Positions 59,439-64,000 of a DNA stretch of 64,000 nucleotides are shown here, one piece after another. The stretch is from a virus. How positions within the stretch are numbered: position 1 is the first letter of the stretch; each line of letters starts with the position of its first letter. The notes beneath the pieces were generated by a model, which saw nothing but the letters and a program-made list of their open reading frames with translations, was not told where the DNA came from and searched no databases. The stretch covers positions 54,696-118,695 of IMG/VR virus record IMGVR_UViG_3300022930_000001. One strand, written 5' to 3'. The translations under genes were made by a program, and so were the position numbers.

Positions 59439-59786
59439 TTATGCTTTGCTAAATAATTTTTCCATTTGTTTTTCTATTTCCTTGATTGTGCCTGTTACTG
59501 TAACCATTAATCCTGAAGCAAGATATACATCAACAGAATCATATCTAGGATCGTCAGGATTCTCCGTAAATGCTTCTAGTGAGCAATTCTCTATCATTGC
59601 AACGATCTGGTCAGGATCTACCCTTAAATTGGCTAGTTTAGCTATCGGTGCTTCTTTATCTTCCCTTATATCTTTTTTCCAAGCATCTGCTTCATCATAG
59701 TCTTCAGATTCATCTAAAGAATTTAAGTATGCATCATATTCCTTACTCTTATATGTTCGTGTTTTTAAATTAAGATATTTTTTCAT
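59439..59786 (-). CDS. Hypothetical acidic protein
   Basis: 115-aa ORF in the minus-strand run. Confidence 0.7.
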   Translation of the reverse strand: MKKYLNLKTRTYKSKEYDAYLNSLDESEDYDEADAWKKDIREDKEAPIAKLANLRVDPDQIVAMIENCSLEAFTENPDDPRYDSVDVYLASGLMVTVTGTIKEIEKQMEKLFSKA

Positions 59787-59964
59787 CTTCTTTTATATTA
59801 AATAGTTTTAAATATTCCTTAGCCTTTTCACTTTGATTTAAATCAACCATTACAACTTTTCCAATATCTTTTGACATAATATCTACAAAAGCGTCTCGTA
59901 CTTGTTTATATTCTTTATATTTAAGTTGCATTAAATCAAACAAATCTTTTAATTCTGCAGTCAT
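59770..59964 (-). CDS. Hypothetical protein
   Basis: 64-aa ORF overlapping the next gene. Confidence 0.6.
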   Translation of the reverse strand: MTAELKDLFDLMQLKYKEYKQVRDAFVDIMSKDIGKVVMVDLNQSEKAKEYLKLFNIKEDEKIS

Positions 59965-59966
59965 AA

Positions 59967-60269
59967 TTATATAGTTTTAATTTTAGCAATTGGTTCAGGC
60001 TCTGACATAAGTAGATAAAATTCATTATCTAATTGATTAACAGGTATACCTATACCTGAATGAGGGCCAAACATAACTCGATCACCTACGATATATTTCT
60101 TTACATCAATTCCTATAGCCACTACAACACCTGTAGGTATATCTACTTGTTCTTTTTGATGTCCTGCAGATACTATAAGACCTCCTGCTGATACAAGATC
60201 TGAAGCCTTATCTTGCCTTATAATCATTCTATTTCCTGATAGTTCTAATTGTTCTACTTTAATATTCAT
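59967..60269 (-). CDS. groES: Co-chaperonin GroES-like protein
   Basis: L.GNRMII, SAGGLIV mobile loop, GVVVAIG, VGDRVMF..HSG, YLLMSE..IA. Confidence 0.88.
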   Translation of the reverse strand: MNIKVEQLELSGNRMIIRQDKASDLVSAGGLIVSAGHQKEQVDIPTGVVVAIGIDVKKYIVGDRVMFGPHSGIGIPVNQLDNEFYLLMSEPEPIAKIKTI

Positions 60270-60463
60270 TATTCTTTAGTTTTGGTTTTTTCTTGATTAA
60301 TTAAATCTTGTAAAGATTGTGAAGCTTTATTGTACTGTTCTTGATAAGGCTTCATTAATTCGATTAAACTTTCATGTTGTTTTTCCTTAAATTCTTTTCT
60401 AGCTTTAGCTTCTTCAAAAGATTCCCACTTAAATTGTTCTTCTCCTTCTTGTGTTATATTCAT
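60269..60463 (-). CDS. Hypothetical coiled-coil protein
   Basis: 64 aa, coupled on both sides (ATGA and TAATG overlaps). Confidence 0.6.
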   Translation of the reverse strand: MNITQEGEEQFKWESFEEAKARKEFKEKQHESLIELMKPYQEQYNKASQSLQDLINQEKTKTKE

Positions 60464-60738
60464 TTAAAAGATTTTTGATATTCTATTACTTTTTTATATA
60501 AATCTATTAATGCATCATTTGGATTATTGCCTTTTCCTACAATTCCTTTATAGTCTTTCCAAAATATAAACCTTTCATGATCATCTGGACTATCTGATTC
60601 ATATGGAATATCTTCTGCATTACCTCTCCATGCTAACCACTTTCCATCACTATCAGCTCCTCCATATCTATCATCTACTATAGTAACTAATCCTAAATTT
60701 AAAGCGTTTTCTAATATTAAATTACACTCCATAATCAT
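60460..60738 (-). CDS. Hypothetical protein
   Basis: 92 aa; DRYGG...GKWLAW and VGKG..P..A..DL. Confidence 0.7.
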   Translation of the reverse strand: MIMECNLILENALNLGLVTIVDDRYGGADSDGKWLAWRGNAEDIPYESDSPDDHERFIFWKDYKGIVGKGNNPNDALIDLYKKVIEYQKSFK

Positions 60739-60973
60739 TATTCAGTTCTTTTATAATTAAATCATTAAACTCTTTCATCCATTTTTTAGATGCTTCTTCA
60801 TCAGGGCAAATAACTTGTAAGTTTATTCTACGCTTATTTTTTTCTAGTTTATCTTTATGGTAGAATAAGTCCTTAAATACATCTTCTATCATTTTAGAAG
60901 TAAATTCTCCTTGCTTATATTCTTGTTTATTTTCTTGCATTTGTGATATAATACCTTTACTTTCTGGTTGCAT
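60722..60973 (-). CDS. Hypothetical protein
   Basis: 83-aa ORF overlapping its neighbours. Confidence 0.6.
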   Translation of the reverse strand: MQPESKGIISQMQENKQEYKQGEFTSKMIEDVFKDLFYHKDKLEKNKRRINLQVICPDEEASKKWMKEFNDLIIKELNNDYGV

Positions 60974-61619
60974 ATACTTCTATTATTTTTTCGACTATAG
61001 GATCACGATGATTAGTCTTAAGAGTAACAATACTAAATCCGGGAATATCCTTTAGATTTTCACATATAAAAGTAAAACCTGACATTCTATCATCCCTAAG
61101 ATCTATCTGGGCAACATCACCACAAAGAATCATTTTAGAACCATTACAAAGCCTACCAAGCATAAGTTCCATTTGCTTATCCGTAACATTCTGAGCTTCA
61201 TCTACTACAACTATACAATCAGTCATATTTCTTCCCCTCATGAAAGCTAGAGGTATAACTTCTATTTTGCCTTCATGAAGAAGTGAATCAATCTTATCCC
61301 TATTATAAAGCCTATACATATTGTCGTATATTGCGGCGGTATAAGGTGCAAGCTTAGAATCAATATTACCGGGCATAAAACCTATTTCTTCACCTGCAGT
61401 TACAGTAGGACGAGTAAGTATAATACGACTTACTTCTTTACGAAACAAAAGGTCAAGTGCTATCTGAGCAGCAAGCATTGATTTACCACTACCTGCAAAT
61501 CCTTTAAGAACAGTTATCTTATTCCTTAGTATAGTATCTTTAGCTTCTTTCTGTTCTTGATTAAGCTCTACTGCAAAATGTATTGGATTCTTAATTACTT
61601 TCTTTTTCTGTTCCATCAT
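60957..61619 (-). CDS. phoH: PhoH-family ATPase
   Basis: GFAGSGKS, TRP, GFMPG...K..P, FMRGR, DEAQN, GSKMILCGD..Q.D, HR.P.V. Confidence 0.95.
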   Translation of the reverse strand: MMEQKKKVIKNPIHFAVELNQEQKEAKDTILRNKITVLKGFAGSGKSMLAAQIALDLLFRKEVSRIILTRPTVTAGEEIGFMPGNIDSKLAPYTAAIYDNMYRLYNRDKIDSLLHEGKIEVIPLAFMRGRNMTDCIVVVDEAQNVTDKQMELMLGRLCNGSKMILCGDVAQIDLRDDRMSGFTFICENLKDIPGFSIVTLKTNHRDPIVEKIIEVYATRK

Positions 61620-61625
61620 TAGGTT

Positions 61626-62060
61626 TTATTTAATATTTAAATACTGCATTATTTTCTTTAGTTCGTTAATAGATTTAATTTCTCCCCAAAAAACGCCGTT
61701 TCCTCTATCGTCTATCTGCCACTTTCCGCCCCAACCAGCACAATAAATAAGATCGTATCCCGATTCACTACTAACTAACTTAGTATAACTTTGATTATAA
61801 CCATCTTGTGTATATTCTTGGCATACCCATCCTAATGATTCTATATCTGATTGATCAAGATATTTAGTTCTAATAAACTTTTTAAGACTATTTTCTTCTT
61901 CTGCCCATTGTATGTACCATCTTAAATCAGTACTAGTTAATTTGTCTTTAACTACATCATCATAATCTTCAACAATAAAAGATGACATATTACTTGTATG
62001 TTCACATTCATATCCTACATATAGATCTTCTATTTCAGGAGTATAATATTTATTCTTCAT
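61626..62060 (-). CDS. Hypothetical phage protein
   Basis: YYTP.IE...VGYE.E, KYLD..DIESLGW, IKSINELKK. Confidence 0.75.
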   Translation of the reverse strand: MKNKYYTPEIEDLYVGYECEHTSNMSSFIVEDYDDVVKDKLTSTDLRWYIQWAEEENSLKKFIRTKYLDQSDIESLGWVCQEYTQDGYNQSYTKLVSSESGYDLIYCAGWGGKWQIDDRGNGVFWGEIKSINELKKIMQYLNIK

Positions 62061-62250
62061 CTTCTTCCTCCATTTTTATAAATCCATTCTCAATCATTTG
62101 CTTAGGGTAGAATTGATGAGTTTTACCATTCTCAGTCTTCATACTAAAATAATTATTATTACTCATATAATAGATCTGTCCTTCAGGGAAAGTATAAGTC
62201 TCATCTACTATTTGATCCTTAAGCCAAGTTATTTTTATTCTTTTTTTCAT
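62050..62250 (-). CDS. Hypothetical protein
   Basis: 66 aa, first gene after the promoter at 62270. Confidence 0.65.
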   Translation of the reverse strand: MKKRIKITWLKDQIVDETYTFPEGQIYYMSNNNYFSMKTENGKTHQFYPKQMIENGFIKMEEEDEE

Positions 62251-62269
62251 ATACTTATTTTTACTATTG

Positions 62270-62301
62270 CAAAAATAGTGTATATATTTTAGATGACCAA
62301 A
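62270..62301 (-). promoter_or_regulatory. Bacteroidota-type sigma70 promoter
   Basis: TATTTTTG (62270-62277) and TTTG (62298-62301), 20-nt spacer. Confidence 0.75.
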
Positions 62302-62319
62302 TTTAATTTTTAAAATTAG

Positions 62320-62532
62320 TTATTTATATATTGGATGCACTGATAACCAAGCTTTTGTGATTTCATCTAATACATCTCCTTTTACATAGGATTTACAATT
62401 CTTATAATAGTTCTTATCTAATACTAGATTATATTTATTTTCTAAAGCAATTAGTTCTTCTTCAGTTAATCCTGTGAGATAATTTCCTTCTTTATTTCTA
62501 TATGGACAATATGCTATTTTTCCTGTTATCAT
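62320..62532 (-). CDS. 70-aa miniature paralog of the N-terminal domain of 48814..49797
   Basis: ATG at 62532 (MITGKI...); PYRNKEGNYLTGL and ITKAWLSVHP match PHKERNGEYRTGL and ITYAWLRVHP. Confidence 0.7.
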   Translation of the reverse strand: MITGKIAYCPYRNKEGNYLTGLTEEELIALENKYNLVLDKNYYKNCKSYVKGDVLDEITKAWLSVHPIYK

Positions 62533-62536
62533 AAAG

Positions 62537-62566
62537 CAAAGATAAATAAAATTTTTTAAAGTCAAG
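62537..62566 (-). promoter_or_regulatory. Bacteroidota-type promoter, nearly leaderless
   Basis: TATCTTTG (62537-62544) 4 nt before the ATG at 62532; CTTG about 18 nt upstream. Confidence 0.6.
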
Positions 62567-62715
62567 TATAGCCTAAAAATTTTTAAAATTTTGAAAGTTG
62601 TTTTATGTACCCGGGGTTATACCACATCATCTTCAGACTCCCGTTATCGTTTGCGAGGTGACGGTATTCCCCTATGCACTATTTAACTTAATTTAACTTT
62701 AAAACAAAAACAATT

Positions 62716-63159
62716 ATGAAACGTGAATTGAATGTTCCATTTATGACTCGCATCACCAAGTTCCGTGGTGACAAACAAGCTCAAGCTTTGAATTCTAAGC
62801 AAGAAGTACTTGCTATTCCAGAAGCATTTCGTGCTGACATAGCCGAAGGTGACAGTGTTATCTGTATGCTTAAGGAATACAATAGTGCATCTATTGATCC
62901 TAATACTGGTGATGCATTGGTTGATGCCAATGGTGCAGTAGTATATGGTGGCCCAACCTTTACTCGTATTGATGTAGTAGACTTTGGTACTACTGTTGAG
63001 ATAACTCAGAAGTTCTATGCTGATGAGATACTTGATGCAGAAGCTACTGATATAGTAAAGGAAACTATCACTGCTGCTCGTGAAGCACGCAAGCGTCCTA
63101 TTACTACAGATCGTAAGCCTGTTGTAGCTACTGCTGATGCAGAGCCTGTAATGAGCTAA
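62716..63159 (+). CDS. First gene of the plus-strand (putative early) region, hypothetical
   Basis: 147 aa, apparent high-expression codon bias, A-rich leader, followed by a terminator. Confidence 0.85.
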   Translation: MKRELNVPFMTRITKFRGDKQAQALNSKQEVLAIPEAFRADIAEGDSVICMLKEYNSASIDPNTGDALVDANGAVVYGGPTFTRIDVVDFGTTVEITQKFYADEILDAEATDIVKETITAAREARKRPITTDRKPVVATADAEPVMS

Positions 63160-63168
63160 GAATAATCT

Positions 63169-63212
63169 TTAAGAGCTATTGTACTGTAATGGTGCAGTAG
63201 CTCTTAATTTTT
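63169..63212 (+). terminator. Intrinsic terminator
   Basis: 18-bp stem TTAAGAGCTATTGTACTG/TGGTGCAGTAGCTCTTAA with several G-U pairs (favours the plus strand), then a T-run. Confidence 0.8.
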
Positions 63213-63314
63213 ATTAGTTACAACCTCTATAATACTAGCTGCAGAGCCGTTGTGAACCTTGAATACAATTACCCTGATCAGGAGTATTCTTGTAGTATGT
63301 ATGTTGTAACTAAT
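63213..63314 (+). ncRNA. Candidate structured RNA
   Basis: 12-bp closing stem ATTAGTTACAAC/GTTGTAACTAAT enclosing nested stems ATACTA/TAGTAT, GAATAC/GTATTC and the palindrome CCTGATCAGG. Confidence 0.45.
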
Positions 63315-63400
63315 TATTTTATTATCATGTGCTTCTGATAGTATACATTAGTTGCATTTATTTAATAATCATATCTAACTAATTATAATATTAATACCTT

Positions 63401-63508
63401 ATGCGAATATCTAGAGTATTATTAGACAAATGGGTTTATTCTTTTTATCCAGATCTTCATCCTAGAATAATGTATTATCATTTATTATGTTGGAGATCTA
63501 ATTATTAG
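63401..63508 (+). CDS. Possible 35-aa small protein
   Basis: MRISRVLLDKWVYSFYPDLHPRIMYYHLLCWRSNY* after an A/T-rich leader; not in the ORF track. Confidence 0.35.
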   Translation: MRISRVLLDKWVYSFYPDLHPRIMYYHLLCWRSNY

Positions 63509-63588
63509 TTGCAATCATTACTTATATATTCTTTTCTATTATATCTTATTACTATTCAACTTATTATTCATTCTTTAATATAACTATT

Positions 63589-63786
63589 ATGACTAGGCTA
63601 ATGAAATATCATACAATAATGGCTAATCCTGAGTACTATTGGGAGAATAATCAAGTTGCACACCAACTACTTAAGAAAAAGTTAACTACACATCAAGAAT
63701 ATCGCGATGCATGTAGCAGTGCAGGATGTATGGTTTATACTGAAGCAGTTTATACTGATCATATGAATGATGTTCAACACAACTAA
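63589..63786 (+). CDS. Hypothetical early protein
   Basis: 65-aa ORF with an A-rich leader. Confidence 0.6.
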   Translation: MTRLMKYHTIMANPEYYWENNQVAHQLLKKKLTTHQEYRDACSSAGCMVYTEAVYTDHMNDVQHN

Positions 63787-63797
63787 TTAAAAATAAA

Positions 63798-63829
63798 TTT
63801 GGTGGATTGATTTATTTGTTTTATCTTTG
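63798..63829 (+). promoter_or_regulatory. Bacteroidota-type sigma70 promoter
   Basis: TTTG (63798-63801), 20-nt spacer, TATCTTTG (63822-63829). Confidence 0.8.
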
Positions 63830-63835
63830 CATCAA

Positions 63836-63924
63836 TAGATTGTTGTGCGACAATCATCAAGAGTTTAAACTGTTAATCAGTTCACCCACTTAGATGCGCA
63901 CACATCTGGTGGGTTTTTTCTTTT
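63836..63924 (+). ncRNA. Small RNA or attenuator leader with kissing loops, ending in an intrinsic terminator
   Basis: Hairpin 1 loop TGTGCG is the exact reverse complement of terminator loop CGCACA; terminator is followed by TTTTTCTTTT. Confidence 0.6.
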
Positions 63925-64000
63925 AATACAATTCTGATTAACAAACTGCTAAAAGGGATCAGATAACCAAGCATTGTGCCACTGTAACTACAGACGCTAT

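Noticed and set aside
4201-62292. Many plus-strand ORFs in the track (e.g. 4201..4635, 12453..12881, 22636..23184, 40849..41271, 50297..50659, 59410..59700) and minus-strand ORFs 45..233 and 25778..25978
   Set aside because: They overlap well-supported genes in antisense or alternate frames and have the F/I/L/S-rich composition typical of shadow frames.
615-62532. Stop-codon reassignment (TAG or TGA read-through), known in some crAss-like phages and hinted at by UCA in the tRNA-like element
   Set aside because: ORFs up to 3962 aa are intact in the standard code. TAG ends the portal and 39692..40372, and TGA ends 60460..60738 in an ATGA overlap.
5343-62565. ORF-track starts at 5360 and 62565
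   Set aside because: Both non-ATG extensions overlap promoter boxes; the downstream ATGs at 5342 and 62532 fit better.
1-64000. CRISPR array, integrase or transposon
   Set aside because: No regularly spaced direct repeats or recombinase/transposase motifs were seen.

Overview
This very AT-rich window is the late (virion) half of a crAss-like phage (Crassvirales-type) that probably infects a Bacteroidota host. The host inference rests on many TAnnTTTG/TTTG promoters, the absence of Shine-Dalgarno motifs, and TAATG-coupled genes. The window opens inside a plus-strand thyX that converges on a terminator at 563-592. A ~62 kb minus-strand block follows. Read in transcription direction it holds small accessory genes (PhoH, GroES), HTH/IHF-like proteins, terminase, portal, scaffold-like protein, major capsid protein, ring/auxiliary/tail proteins, a GH24 lysozyme, a phosphoesterase, a muzzle protein, two cargo proteins, a 3962-aa virion RNA polymerase polyprotein (DFDVD), a 2073-aa polyvalent protein, tail fibres and lysis-like membrane genes. 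The strand switches to a plus-strand putative early region at ~62.6 kb. The most interesting signals are: (1) a cargo protein built as modules separated by ~12 copies of a short xxxG(G) motif, one module resembling an ADP-ribosyltransferase; (2) a tRNA-like RNA with a 5-nt anticodon loop inside the capsid operon; (3) a promoter-to-terminator small RNA whose two hairpin loops are perfectly complementary; (4) a separately promoted 70-aa miniature paralog of a capsid-module protein; (5) a GC-rich structured element at the strand switch that could be a virion-RNAP promoter. All assignments come from reading motifs and gene order by eye; no database searches were run.
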